A stretch of DNA of 64,000 nt from an uncultured bacterium (GTDB taxonomy: Bacteria; SAR324; NAC60-12), in the NCBI GenBank assembly GCA_965662235.1, contig CBFIGY010000003.1:1-64000 (forward strand). The letters are read 5' to 3'. Below, one piece after another: positions 1-10,208 of the stretch; within the stretch, counting starts at the first letter, position 1; the number at the start of each line of letters is the position of its first letter. Below the pieces are notes generated by a model. The model ran no database searches. It saw only the letters and a list, made by a program, of their open reading frames with translations, and was not told the origin of the DNA. Made by a program: the position numbers and the translations under genes.

Positions 1-260
1 AAGAGACGCAGCGGGTGCAGGCCAATGGCGTGGACGGCAAATCGGTCCCCGTCCGGCACTTCGGCGCCGTCCTCGAGTGGAATCACTGGCATGAGATGGC
101 CGAGCGCCTCCAGGCCCAGGGCGTCACCTTCCTCATTGAGCCCTACATCCGCTTCAAGGGAGAGGTTGGAGAGCAGGCGACCATGTTCTTCCTTGACCCT
201 TCCGACAACGCCATTGAGCTGAAGTCCTTCCAGAATCCGGATCAGCTGTTTGCCTCCTGA
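1..260 (+). CDS. VOC/glyoxalase family protein (5'-truncated by window edge)
   Basis: [10 protein letters not shown]...[29 protein letters not shown] is typical of the C-terminal half of a VOC/glyoxalase-like protein. Confidence 0.8.
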   Translation, partial: ETQRVQANGVDGKSVPVRHFGAVLEWNHWHEMAERLQAQGVTFLIEPYIRFKGEVGEQATMFFLDPSDNAIELKSFQNPDQLFAS

Positions 261-308
261 TTCTCTGCACGCACCGCCCCTGCCGTTTCCTGTTTTCGCT
301 CCTTGCCA

Positions 309-1355
309 ATGAGCTTTCTGGGAATGAATGAGTACGAAAAGGAGTACCTGGGCCCCGATGGTCGCATCATTCAGCCGGACCTCCGGATTGGCCTCATTGT
401 GGTCCCAGGCTTCACCTTCCTCCCCTTTGCCGGGTTCCTGGACACCCTCCGTCATGCAGCCGACGAGTCCGACCGCAGCCGGCAGGTGTACCTCAAGTGG
501 AAGCTCCTCAGCCAAACCCTAGAGCCTGTTCCCTCGAGCAGCGGAGTTTCCGTTGACCCCTGGGGCACCCTGGGGCAGCCTGACGAGTTCGACTACCTCG
601 TTGTCTTCGGAGGACAGACGCATCACATCCACCCTGGGCTCGAGCCCACCTATGAGTTCCTCCGGCAGGCGGCTGAATGCCATGTGCCCCTTGTCGGCAT
701 GTGCGTGGGCGCCTTTGTGTTGGCAGAAGCAGGGTTGCTGAAGGGACGGCGGTGCGCCCTGCACTTCCGGAACCGAGACGAATTTCAGGAACGCTACCCC
801 GACAGCATTCCGGTGGTCGATGAGCTGTTTGTGGTCGATCAGGACCGCCTGACCTGTCCCGGTGGCACAGCAGCCATTGACCTAGCCGTCCGCATTCTGC
901 TGGAGCACTGCAGTGAAGCCCGGGCCAAGAAGGGGTTGGCCCACATGATGGTGGACGCCTACCGCGATGGCTCCCATGTGCCCCGGCATCCCTATGACGA
1001 CCTCGGCATCTGCAAGGACTCCCGGGTGGTGCAGGCGGTGCGTTTGATGCGGCAAAACATCACCTTTCCGTACTCCATCAAGGAACTTGCCGACCGCCTC
1101 GACTGCACTCCTCGGCAACTCGAGCGTGCCTTCCAGGAGTACGCCCAGGTCTCTCCTGCGCGTTTCTGGCGTCAGCTCCGCTTGCACCGTGCCCGGTGGT
1201 TTCTCCTCAACACCACTCACAACGTTACCCAGATTGCCTACGAGTGTGGTTTTTCCGACTGCGCCCACTTCACCAAACACTTCACCAAGAGCTTTGGCGA
1301 GTCGCCGTCACGGTTCCGGGAAGTCCGCCTCAAGGCCGCCCAGTCGCTCCGGTAG
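309..1355 (+). CDS. GlxA-family AraC transcriptional regulator (DJ-1/PfpI domain + AraC HTH)
   Basis: N-terminal GMCVGAFVLAEAGLL and TCPGGTAAIDL; C-terminal QIAYECGFSDCAHFTKHF...SPSRFR HTH; start codon approximate. Confidence 0.9.
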   Translation: MSFLGMNEYEKEYLGPDGRIIQPDLRIGLIVVPGFTFLPFAGFLDTLRHAADESDRSRQVYLKWKLLSQTLEPVPSSSGVSVDPWGTLGQPDEFDYLVVFGGQTHHIHPGLEPTYEFLRQAAECHVPLVGMCVGAFVLAEAGLLKGRRCALHFRNRDEFQERYPDSIPVVDELFVVDQDRLTCPGGTAAIDLAVRILLEHCSEARAKKGLAHMMVDAYRDGSHVPRHPYDDLGICKDSRVVQAVRLMRQNITFPYSIKELADRLDCTPRQLERAFQEYAQVSPARFWRQLRLHRARWFLLNTTHNVTQIAYECGFSDCAHFTKHFTKSFGESPSRFREVRLKAAQSLR

Positions 1356-1531
1356 GCCTTTCTCTCCTTTTCCACTTAATTTCCTGTAGAAAGCTGGATT
1401 GTCCCTAAAGCCGTGATAGGCTAGTGCGGTTTTGGAGACGGATGCCTCCCTCCCAGGACGTGAGAGGGCCCTGACACCTGATGAAGGTCCTTTCCTGTCA
1501 CACTGCGTTCACCCCTGACCCTTCCCTGCAC

Positions 1532-2050
1532 ATGGATATTCAATTCTGTCTGCTGATCCTGACGGCGAACGATGCCCTCCGGAGTCGGCTGGAACCACTG
1601 ATGGCGGTGTTTCAATCCCGCTTTACCGTCTTCTTTGCCCACTCCCGCAAGGAAGCGGAGGACTGGTTGGACGAAGACATTCAGCCCAGGCGCAAGCTTG
1701 CCCTAGTGGTGGTCGATGAGTCGCTTCCGGATGTGGATGAAACCGAGTTCCTCATTCACCTTCATGCCGACTCAGGCAACCGCTGGGCGTACAAGGTGCT
1801 CGTGCTGGACGAGCCCAGTGTCCCAACCCTGCTGCAGGCCATCAACCACGGAGGCCTCGACTACTGCTTCACCGGAGACTGGGACGATGAGCAGCTGGTG
1901 AGCGTGCTGCAGAACAAGCTCACGGATTTCATTCTCGAACACCGGCTGTTGCCAACGGAGGACAAGATGCAGTTTGCTGACATTTTGGAGTCGGAGCGAT
2001 TCTTCGATTTCATGTACAAAGATGCCGCTACCTCCTGGAGTCACCGATGA
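1532..2050 (+). CDS. Stand-alone receiver-fold (response regulator-like) protein with degenerate active site
   Basis: LALVVVDESLPD...KVLVL...QAINHGGLDY..DW receiver pattern; 4-bp overlap with the next gene. Confidence 0.65.
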   Translation: MDIQFCLLILTANDALRSRLEPLMAVFQSRFTVFFAHSRKEAEDWLDEDIQPRRKLALVVVDESLPDVDETEFLIHLHADSGNRWAYKVLVLDEPSVPTLLQAINHGGLDYCFTGDWDDEQLVSVLQNKLTDFILEHRLLPTEDKMQFADILESERFFDFMYKDAATSWSHR

Positions 2051-3441
2051 ACCTTCGTCTTTCCGCCGCTGTCCTGCCTGCCCTCATTGTCCTCTTCCTG
2101 CCTGCCGAGTGGTTGGGGGACCTTCCGGCCATCCAGCAACGGATGCTGGCGATCTTCTTCATGGCGGTCTGCTTCTGGGTCCTAGAGCCGATTCCGATTT
2201 TTGCCACCTCGGTGCTGCTGATCTTCATGGAGCTGCTGCTGGTTTCCAGCCAGAGCTTTTCCTGGATCCGTCACGAGGTTGGGGCTGAGAATCTGCTGCC
2301 CTACAGCAAGATTCTTGGGACCTTCGCGTCTCCGATCATCATGCTCTTCCTTGGGGGCTTCTTCCTTGCGATTGCAGCCACCAAGTACCGGTTGGACCTC
2401 AACCTGGCCCGGGTGCTGCTGAAGCCCTTTGGCAACAACCCCCGCTGGATCATGCTGGGGCTGATGATGATCACCGCGATCTTCTCCATGTTCATGAGCA
2501 ACACGGCCACCACGGCCCTGATGCTGGCCATCCTCAGCCCGGTGCTCCGGACCATGAAGGATGAGGACCCCGGACGGACCGCGTTTGTCCTTTCCATTCC
2601 CATTGCCGCGAACATCGGAGGCGTGGGCACGCCCATCGGCACGCCACCAAACGCGGTTGCCATGAAGTACCTCACCGGCTCCGATGCCATCAGCTTCAGC
2701 GAATGGATGCTCTTCGGCATTCCGCTGGCACTGAGCATCCTTCTCATTGCGTGGCTGCTGCTGCTGCTGCTCTTTCCGCCTCAGGAGAACCACATGGAGC
2801 TTTCCATCAAGGGAGAGTTCCAGAAGTCCGGACGGGCCATTGTCGTCTACGTCGTCTTTGCGGGCACCATCTTGCTCTGGCTGACCGGGAAGCTCCACGG
2901 CCTCAACAGCTACGTCGTGGCCATGTTTCCGGTGGCCATCTTCCTGGCGTTTCGGATCATCACCAAGGACGACCTCAAGCTGCTCAGTTGGGATGTGCTG
3001 TGGTTGATTTCCGGAGGAATTGCGCTGGGCCTGGGGCTGGAAGAAACGGGGCTCAGCAAGACCCTAGTGGAGAGCCTGCCGTTTGCTCAGTGGCCTGGAA
3101 TGGTCGTGCTGCTGGGGTCTGCAGTGGTCGCCTTGCTCATGTCCACCTTCATCTCCAACACAGCAACTGCGAACCTGCTGCTGCCACTGATGGCGGTGCT
3201 GGGAAGCTCGCAACCGGCGTTGCAGGAACTGGGGGGCACCCGTGCCATTGTCCTGGTCAATGCCTTTGCCTGCTCCATGGCAATGGCGCTTCCGGTCAGC
3301 ACCCCCCCGAACGCCCTCGCGTTTGCCTCAGGCATGCTGAAGGGAAACGAGTTGATGAAGGCCGGAATCGTCGTCAGCTTCTTTGGGCTGCTCGCCAGCT
3401 TTGTCGCCGTGTGGATTCTGAAGATGACGGGTTTTGTGTAA
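2047..3441 (+). CDS. SLC13/DASS family sodium:anion (sulfate/dicarboxylate) symporter
   Basis: Two SNT motifs (MSNTAT, ISNTAT), GTPIGTPPN and LPVSTPPN, many TM segments. Confidence 0.92.
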   Translation: MNLRLSAAVLPALIVLFLPAEWLGDLPAIQQRMLAIFFMAVCFWVLEPIPIFATSVLLIFMELLLVSSQSFSWIRHEVGAENLLPYSKILGTFASPIIMLFLGGFFLAIAATKYRLDLNLARVLLKPFGNNPRWIMLGLMMITAIFSMFMSNTATTALMLAILSPVLRTMKDEDPGRTAFVLSIPIAANIGGVGTPIGTPPNAVAMKYLTGSDAISFSEWMLFGIPLALSILLIAWLLLLLLFPPQENHMELSIKGEFQKSGRAIVVYVVFAGTILLWLTGKLHGLNSYVVAMFPVAIFLAFRIITKDDLKLLSWDVLWLISGGIALGLGLEETGLSKTLVESLPFAQWPGMVVLLGSAVVALLMSTFISNTATANLLLPLMAVLGSSQPALQELGGTRAIVLVNAFACSMAMALPVSTPPNALAFASGMLKGNELMKAGIVVSFFGLLASFVAVWILKMTGFV

Positions 3442-3454
3442 CCCGGAAGGGCAA

Positions 3455-4318
3455 TCAGTGGGGCATCAGCGGCGCTAGGTGCTCCACGGCGTCCACGCGA
3501 TTGAGGGCATACAGGTGCACTCCGGGGATGCCCTCCTGAAGCAACCCCTCCAGCTGCTGAGCGGCATGCTCCAGTCCCACCTGACGTGCTGCAGCCGGAT
3601 CGTCGGCATGCCGATCCAAGGCCGCTTGCAGGGACTCCGGCACCGCCACCCCGCAGAGCGACGCCATCCGTTGCAGAGCCTTCCCATTGACCGCCGGCAT
3701 CAGTCCCGGAATCAGCGGCAGGTCGATGCCTTCCTGAACCAGGCGATCCCGCCACCGCAAGAAGGGAGTGTTGTCCAGAAACAGTTGTGTGACCACCAGG
3801 TCAGCCCCTGAACGGAACTTGCGGAGCTGGTTCTGAAAATCCACCTCGCGGTCGGGCGTCTCAACGTGTCCTTCCGGATAACCGGCCACGCCAATGCCAA
3901 AACCCCCGCGCTTCCGTAGCGCAGCCACCAGCTCCTGGGCGTAGCAGTAGGCATTGTCCGCCGGTTCCCGCTGCAGAGCGTCTTCGGGCAGATCCCCCCG
4001 GAGCGCCATCACGTTTTCAATTCCAGCGTCCTTCAGTGCATCTAGCACCCCAGCAATTTCATCCTTGGTGTGTGAAACACAGGTCAGGTGCGCCATGGTT
4101 TCATACTGCAGTTCATTCTGCAGGTACGACGCCAGGGAATGGGTGTTGGCGCGGGTGCTGCCACCGGCTCCATACGTCACCGAAAAGTAATCCGGCTGGA
4201 AGGGGCGAACCTGCTCCAGGGTTCCCTTGAGCTTGTTCAGGCCTTCCGGGGTCTTGGGAGGAAAGACTTCAATGGAAAAGACAAAGGGACGGGTGCGGTA
4301 GAGGTCAATGAGGTGCAT
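3455..4318 (-). CDS. metF: 5,10-methylenetetrahydrofolate reductase
   Basis: FSIEVFPPK, SVTYGAGG, AHLTC, LALRGD-like MALRGD, VAGYPEGH, TQLF; directly downstream of metH. Confidence 0.95.
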   Translation of the reverse strand: MHLIDLYRTRPFVFSIEVFPPKTPEGLNKLKGTLEQVRPFQPDYFSVTYGAGGSTRANTHSLASYLQNELQYETMAHLTCVSHTKDEIAGVLDALKDAGIENVMALRGDLPEDALQREPADNAYCYAQELVAALRKRGGFGIGVAGYPEGHVETPDREVDFQNQLRKFRSGADLVVTQLFLDNTPFLRWRDRLVQEGIDLPLIPGLMPAVNGKALQRMASLCGVAVPESLQAALDRHADDPAAARQVGLEHAAQQLEGLLQEGIPGVHLYALNRVDAVEHLAPLMPH

Positions 4319-4322
4319 GCGG

Positions 4323-7300
4323 TCAAGAAGCAGAGGATTGCGGATCGTACGCCAGAACAGGTGCCAGCCAGGTTTCAGTTTCTTCCACAGGCATCCCCTT
4401 GCGCTGCGCATAGTCTTCCACCTGCTCCCGGGTGATGCGGCCCACAGCAAAGTAACGCGCCTCCGGGTGCGCAAAGTACAGCCCACTCACCGAACTTGCC
4501 GGCCACATGGCGTAGCTTTCCGTAAGGGAAACCCCAATGGTGGACTCCACCTGCAGCAGATCAAACAGCAACTGCTTCTCCGTGTGGTCAGGCTGCGCCG
4601 GATACCCGGGCGCGGGACGGATGCCCCGGAAACGTTCGCGGTGCAGGTCCTCAATGGCTAGGTTCTCCTCACGTCCGAATCCCCAAGACTCACGGGCCTG
4701 CTGGTGAAGGAATTCGGCAAACGCCTCTGCCAGACGGTCGCCCAGGGCCTTGACCAAAATGGCATTGAAGTCATCCTGCTGCGCCTCGTACTCAGCAGCA
4801 ATGGCCTCAATCTCCGGACCCGCTGTGACCGTGAAGGCGCCCAACGCATCCAGGCGTCCGGACGTCAGGGGGGCAATGAAGTCTGAGAGGGACTGATTGG
4901 GCTTGTTGTCCGACTTTGGGTTTTGCTGCCTCAGGCAGTGGAAGGTGGTTTGGACTTCTGAACGAGAGGGATCGGTGTAAACCCGAATGTCGTCGCCCTC
5001 GCTGTTGGCGGGAAAGAAGCCCCACACGGCACGAGGTTGCACCCGTTCCTCCTCCCGGAACCGTTGCAGCATCGCCTGCGCATCATCAAAGAGCCTCCGA
5101 GCCGCTTCCCCCAGCTGCGGATCGTCCAAGATCCGCGGGTACTTGCCCTTGAGTTCCCACGCATAAAAGAACGGCGTCCAGTCGATGTAGGGAATGAGCT
5201 GCTCCACTGAGACGGTTCCTTCCCACTGGGCAGAACCGGCTTCTGGCGCGCTGGGTTGGTAGGTCCGGAGGCCCCAGAATTCAGGGAGGGCGACTTCTGT
5301 TTCCTCCCAGTTGATTGGGGTGGCATTTTGCCGGGCCTGTTCCAGTCCGAGCAGCTGCCGGCTTTCATTTCGGTTGAGGTAGCTCTGGCGCCGTTCTTCA
5401 TGCCGGGCAGCAATTTCCTCGGCATACGCGTCACGCGTTTCTGCATTGAGCAGGCGCGACGCCACGTTCACCACCCGAGACGCATCCGCCACATGCACCA
5501 CCGGTCGTCCGTAGACGGGGGCAATCTTCACAGCGGTGTGAGCCGGACTGGTGGTGGCGCCTCCAATCAGCAGCGGAACCTGCATGCCCCGCCGTTCCAT
5601 CTCCCGGGCCACGTGCACCATTTCGTCAAGCGACGGCGTGATCAGTCCCGAAAGCCCAACAATCGCGGCCCCTTCTTCTTCGGCCCGGTCGAGGATCCGA
5701 TCCGCAGGGACCATTACCCCGAGGTCAATGACCTCGTAGCTGTTGCAGGCGAGCACCACGCCCACGATGTTCTTGCCAATGTCATGCACATCTCCCTTGA
5801 CCGTCGCCATGATGACCTTGGTCTGAGAGCTTTTGGTTTCACACTGACGCTTTTCCTCTTCCATGAATGGGGTCAGGTAGGCCACAGCCTGCTTCATCAC
5901 CCGAGCACTCTTGACCACCTGTGGCAAAAACATCTTCCCTTCACCAAAGAGGTCGCCCACCACCTGCATGCCTCCCATGAGGGGGCCTTCGATGACCCGT
6001 AGCGGTGAACCCAGGGCCTGTCGGGCCTCTTCGGTATCGGCTTCAATGAACTCCGTGATGCCCTTGACCAGCGCATGAGTGAGCCGTTCCTCCACCGTTC
6101 CGTCCCGCCAGGCGTCACTCTTCTTCTCATCCTTGACCGCAGTGGACTGGTAGCCCTCGGCAAAGCGGATGAGCTGCTCGGTCGCTTCCGGGTGACGGTT
6201 GAGGAGAACGTCTTCCACCCGCTGCAGCAGCTCCGGTGGAATTTCCTCATACACATCCAGCATGCCAGCATTGACGATCGCCATGTCGAGCCCTGCCTGG
6301 ATGGAGTGGTAGAGAAACGCCGAGTGCATGGCCTCCCGGACCGGATTGTTGCCCCGGAAGGAGAAGGAGATGTTGCTCACGCCCCCGCTCACCCGAGCGC
6401 CCGGACACTTCTGCTTGATCTGACGGGTTGCCTCAATGAAGGCCACAGCGTAGTCGTTGTGCTCCTCAATGCCGGTCGCCACCGTCAGCACATTCGGGTC
6501 AAAGATGATGTCATGAGGGGAGAAGTTCACTTCATCCACCAGCAGGTGGTAGGCGCGTTCACAGATCGCCACCTTTTGCTCGAGTGTTGCGGCCTGACCC
6601 GCTTCGTCAAATGCCATCACCACTGCAGCAGCTCCGTACTTGCGGATCTCCCGGGCGTGGTGCAGGAACACTGCTTCCCCCTCCTTGAGGCTGATGGAGT
6701 TCACCACCCCTTTGCCCTGAATGCACTTCAATCCGGCTTCTAGGACAGACCACTTGGAGCTGTCCACCATGATTGGCACCCGAGCAATGTCGGGCTCAGA
6801 GGCAATCAGGTTGAGGAACCGGGTCATGGACGCTTCTCCGTCCAGTAGCGCTTCGTCGAAGTTGACGTCAATCAGGTTGGCGCCGTTTTCTACCTGCTGT
6901 CGTGCAATCGCCAAGGCACCTTCAAAGTCATCTGCCAGGATGAGCTTCTTGAACCGTGGGGATCCGGTGACATTGGCGCGCTCCCCGATCATGAGGAAGC
7001 CGGTGTCCGGCGTGATGGAGAGGGGCTCCAGTCCCGAGTAGGTGGAGGTCTGAGGCAGGTCCGGACGCGGACGCGGGGCGCAGTGTTCGATGCGGTTCCG
7101 GAGGCACTGGATGTGCTCCGGGGTGGTGCCGCAGCAGCCTCCCAAAATGTTGACCCACCCCTCTTCCGCAAAGGCTCCCGTGATGTCAGCAAACTCCTCC
7201 GCCGTCTGGTCGTACTCGCCCATGGCATTGGGCAGGCCGGCATTCGGGTAGCAGCCCACAAAGAAGTCCGAAATTCGTCCCAACTCCTCGACAAACGGGC

Positions 7301-8081
7301 GCATCTCCTTGGCGCCCAGCGCACAGTTGATGCCGACCACCAACGGATCCGCATGGGCCACTGAGCGGTAGAAGGCTTCCAGCGTCTGTCCAGAGAGCGT
7401 CCGTCCGGAGGCATCGGTGATCGTCACGGACAAAAACAGCGGCACCCGGACCCCACGCTCCGCAAAGAGCGTCTCCAAGGCATAAATACCGGCCTTCATG
7501 TTGAGCGTGTCGAAACTCGTCTCCAGCAGCAGCAGGTCCACGCCTCCGTCAATGAGCGCTTCTGCCTGCTCCCGGTACGCCTCAGCCACCTGGTCAAAGG
7601 TAACCGCCCGGTACGCCGGATTGTTGACGTCTGGAGACATGGAACACGTCCGGTTGGTCGGACCAATTGCGCCGGCCACAAACGCAGGCTGCCCCGGATG
7701 CGCTTCGCGGAACGCCTCTACGGCCCGGCGAGCACACTGCGCGGCGGCCTGGTTGAGGTCCCTGACCTCCGACTCCAGCGCGTAGTCCGCCTGCGAGATG
7801 CGGTTGGCGTTGAAGGTGTTGGTCTCCACAATGTTGGCCCCCGCTTCCAGGTACTCACGGTGGATCTGCTCAATCACCTCCGGCCGGGTCAGGCAAAGCA
7901 CGTCGTTGTTTCCCTGCAAGGGGTGGTCGTGCTCTGCGTAACGAGTGCCGCGAAAGTCGGCTTCCTCCAAACGATGACGCTGGATCATGGTGCCCATGGC
8001 ACCGTCCAGCAGCACCAGACGCTGCTCCAGCAGGTCCACAAGTTCCGGGGTTGAGGCAAGAGAAGTGAGGGAAGACTTCAT
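4323..8081 (-). CDS. metH: Cobalamin-dependent methionine synthase
   Basis: [34 protein letters not shown]12 motif, [15 protein letters not shown]; 1252 aa. Confidence 0.98.
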   Translation of the reverse strand: MKSSLTSLASTPELVDLLEQRLVLLDGAMGTMIQRHRLEEADFRGTRYAEHDHPLQGNNDVLCLTRPEVIEQIHREYLEAGANIVETNTFNANRISQADYALESEVRDLNQAAAQCARRAVEAFREAHPGQPAFVAGAIGPTNRTCSMSPDVNNPAYRAVTFDQVAEAYREQAEALIDGGVDLLLLETSFDTLNMKAGIYALETLFAERGVRVPLFLSVTITDASGRTLSGQTLEAFYRSVAHADPLVVGINCALGAKEMRPFVEELGRISDFFVGCYPNAGLPNAMGEYDQTAEEFADITGAFAEEGWVNILGGCCGTTPEHIQCLRNRIEHCAPRPRPDLPQTSTYSGLEPLSITPDTGFLMIGERANVTGSPRFKKLILADDFEGALAIARQQVENGANLIDVNFDEALLDGEASMTRFLNLIASEPDIARVPIMVDSSKWSVLEAGLKCIQGKGVVNSISLKEGEAVFLHHAREIRKYGAAAVVMAFDEAGQAATLEQKVAICERAYHLLVDEVNFSPHDIIFDPNVLTVATGIEEHNDYAVAFIEATRQIKQKCPGARVSGGVSNISFSFRGNNPVREAMHSAFLYHSIQAGLDMAIVNAGMLDVYEEIPPELLQRVEDVLLNRHPEATEQLIRFAEGYQSTAVKDEKKSDAWRDGTVEERLTHALVKGITEFIEADTEEARQALGSPLRVIEGPLMGGMQVVGDLFGEGKMFLPQVVKSARVMKQAVAYLTPFMEEEKRQCETKSSQTKVIMATVKGDVHDIGKNIVGVVLACNSYEVIDLGVMVPADRILDRAEEEGAAIVGLSGLITPSLDEMVHVAREMERRGMQVPLLIGGATTSPAHTAVKIAPVYGRPVVHVADASRVVNVASRLLNAETRDAYAEEIAARHEERRQSYLNRNESRQLLGLEQARQNATPINWEETEVALPEFWGLRTYQPSAPEAGSAQWEGTVSVEQLIPYIDWTPFFYAWELKGKYPRILDDPQLGEAARRLFDDAQAMLQRFREEERVQPRAVWGFFPANSEGDDIRVYTDPSRSEVQTTFHCLRQQNPKSDNKPNQSLSDFIAPLTSGRLDALGAFTVTAGPEIEAIAAEYEAQQDDFNAILVKALGDRLAEAFAEFLHQQARESWGFGREENLAIEDLHRERFRGIRPAPGYPAQPDHTEKQLLFDLLQVESTIGVSLTESYAMWPASSVSGLYFAHPEARYFAVGRITREQVEDYAQRKGMPVEETETWLAPVLAYDPQSSAS

Positions 8082-8151
8082 CAGGAGCGACCAGAGTGTT
8101 CGGGGTTATCAGCGACAGGACGTCTTGAAATCACTTGAAAAAACGTTGCTC

Positions 8152-8179
8152 ATCATAGCGATTTTGCCCTGAGGTTCAA
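8152..8179 (-). promoter_or_regulatory. Putative sigma70 promoter for metH-metF
   Basis: Minus strand TTGAAC-N16-TATGAT, about 70 nt upstream of the metH start. Confidence 0.5.
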
Positions 8180-8309
8180 GTTTTATTTCAACGTATGCAC
8201 ATTTAGTGATTTAATAGAAAGGGTCAGGCAAGCCTCCGGTTTTCCCCTGACTTTTTTCCCGATTTCGGTCACCTTGAATCGCAACACCTCCTTCTCTTTG
8301 GTCCGCCTC

Positions 8310-8747
8310 ATGACGCAAAACGCCTCGTCCAAGTCGTTGATTCGCGAAGTTCAGCGACACTACCCGACAGAAATCACCACCCCCACCGAACACGTCACCG
8401 AAAAGACGCACCGCTCCGACCGGGCGCTGGCTCGGACCAACGAGACCACCAACCGGGAAGTGGAGCGTCTCCAGGAGCAGGCCCGTCTGCTGATGGAACA
8501 GGTGGAGCAGCTGGAGTTTGAAGCAGAGGTGCGCCGCAAGGTCCGGGAGGCCAAGTGCGCCTTTGCTCCGGTGGTGGGGCGTTCTTACTTCCTTTATGAA
8601 TCCGACCAGGCCTGCACCCTGACCATGATCAGTCCAGAGGAATGGAGCGGCAGTGCCCCTTACGGCGCCTTCCTTGCCGAAGTGAAGCAGCTGGGCGACT
8701 TCACCTGGAGCCTGGTCCGGAGGGGCACCGACGCCGAGTCGCCGTGA
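8310..8747 (+). CDS. DUF2452-like hypothetical protein
   Basis: Coiled-coil followed by AKCAFAPVVGRSYFLYE...LTMISPEEW...VKQLGDFTW pattern. Confidence 0.65.
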   Translation: MTQNASSKSLIREVQRHYPTEITTPTEHVTEKTHRSDRALARTNETTNREVERLQEQARLLMEQVEQLEFEAEVRRKVREAKCAFAPVVGRSYFLYESDQACTLTMISPEEWSGSAPYGAFLAEVKQLGDFTWSLVRRGTDAESP

Positions 8748-8804
8748 GTACGCAATTTGCAGGGATGAGGGCACATTGATGACTCCAACTCCTGAGGTCC
8801 TTCC

Positions 8805-10208
8805 ATGATTGCCATGATCCTTGCGGGCGGAAGCGGCACCCGCCTCTGGCCCTACAGCCGCACCATGAGTCCCAAGCAGTTTCTCAGCTTGGGCAAAACG
8901 CACGAATCCCTTTTTCAGGAAACCTGCAGCCGCTTGGCAGGACTGGTCGCGCCAGCAGACGTCTGGGTGATCGGTTCCGCGTCTCATGAGCACGAGCTCC
9001 GTCAGCAGATGAAGCAGGTGCTCCCGGAGGTCCTGCCGCATCAGGTGCTGCTGGAGCCTCAGGCCCGCAACACGGCGCCTGCCATCCTCTGGGGCCTCCT
9101 ACAGGTTCCAGAAGCCCGTCGGCAGGAACCGGTCCTGATCCTCCCCGCCGACCACCTCATTCAGCATCCGGAACGCTTCCTAGACGCCGTCCGTTCAGCC
9201 ACCACGCTGACGGCCCAAAACTGGTTGGTCTGCTTTGGCATCCAACCCGACCGTCCGGAAACCGGCTACGGCTACATTCAGGCAGGAACCCCTCTGGAGG
9301 TCGGCTACCAGATCCGGAAATTTCTCGAGAAGCCCGACCGGCCAACCGCTGAGCGGCTCGTGGCCTCTCCCGAAAACACCTGGAACGCCGGCATCTTTCT
9401 GGCCTCGGCTCAGACCTTTTTGGAGGAGTTTCAGGCCTGCGCACCGGACATGCTGGACGCCTTCACCGAGGCTCAGCTGAGTCCGGAGCAGCTGGCAGAC
9501 CCCGAACAGGTGGCCCCCGTCTTTGCGCAGATCCGAAGCGAGTCCATTGACTACGCGGTGCTGGAGAAGTCGAAGCGGATTGCCGTGGTCCCGGTTGGAG
9601 ACATTGGCTGGAGCGACCTCGGCAGTTGGGAAAGCCTCTATGAGGTTTCCGACAAGAACGAGTCTGGGAACGTTCTGAAGGGCAACGTCATCTGCCACGA
9701 AACCCGGAACTCCCTGATCATCAGCACCAAGAAGCTGGTCACCAGCATCGGAGTGGAAAACCTGCTGATTGTGGAGACCGATGACGCCTTGCTCGTCTGC
9801 GACCTCCGGCGCTCTCAGGACGTCAAGCGCCTGGTGGAAACCCTGAAGGAGGAGGACCGGCACGAGTACCAGTTTCACACGCGGGTGCTCCGTCCCTGGG
9901 GCAGCGCGACCACGGTGCTGGAGGGAGACAACTTCCAGATCCGCCTGCTGGAGATCGATCCCGGCAGCAGCCTTTCCTACCAGCGGCACCGGCACCGGAG
10001 CGAGCACTGGGTCGTTCTCCAGGGCACCGCTGACGTCCACCAGGAGGGAGAAACCCTCTTGCTCTCAGAAAACCAGTCCGCCTACATTCCTCAGGGAGTC
10101 CGGCACCAACTCAGCAACCGCGGTCGCCTGCCTCTTGAGGTGATTGAGGTCCAGCTGGGCGCCTACCTCGGCGAAGATGACATTGAACGCTTTGACCAAC
10201 CAACATGA
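8805..10208 (+). CDS. manC: Mannose-1-phosphate guanylyltransferase / mannose-6-phosphate isomerase
   Basis: ILAGGSGTRLWPYSR..PKQF, PETGYGYI, WSDLGSW, C-terminal cupin RPWG...RHRHRSEHW. Confidence 0.95.
   Translation: MIAMILAGGSGTRLWPYSRTMSPKQFLSLGKTHESLFQETCSRLAGLVAPADVWVIGSASHEHELRQQMKQVLPEVLPHQVLLEPQARNTAPAILWGLLQVPEARRQEPVLILPADHLIQHPERFLDAVRSATTLTAQNWLVCFGIQPDRPETGYGYIQAGTPLEVGYQIRKFLEKPDRPTAERLVASPENTWNAGIFLASAQTFLEEFQACAPDMLDAFTEAQLSPEQLADPEQVAPVFAQIRSESIDYAVLEKSKRIAVVPVGDIGWSDLGSWESLYEVSDKNESGNVLKGNVICHETRNSLIISTKKLVTSIGVENLLIVETDDALLVCDLRRSQDVKRLVETLKEEDRHEYQFHTRVLRPWGSATTVLEGDNFQIRLLEIDPGSSLSYQRHRHRSEHWVVLQGTADVHQEGETLLLSENQSAYIPQGVRHQLSNRGRLPLEVIEVQLGAYLGEDDIERFDQPT

Noticed and set aside
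8082..8309. Possible SAM or cobalamin riboswitch upstream of metH
   Set aside because: The predicted promoter leaves only about a 60-nt leader and I could not recognise any conserved riboswitch core motifs
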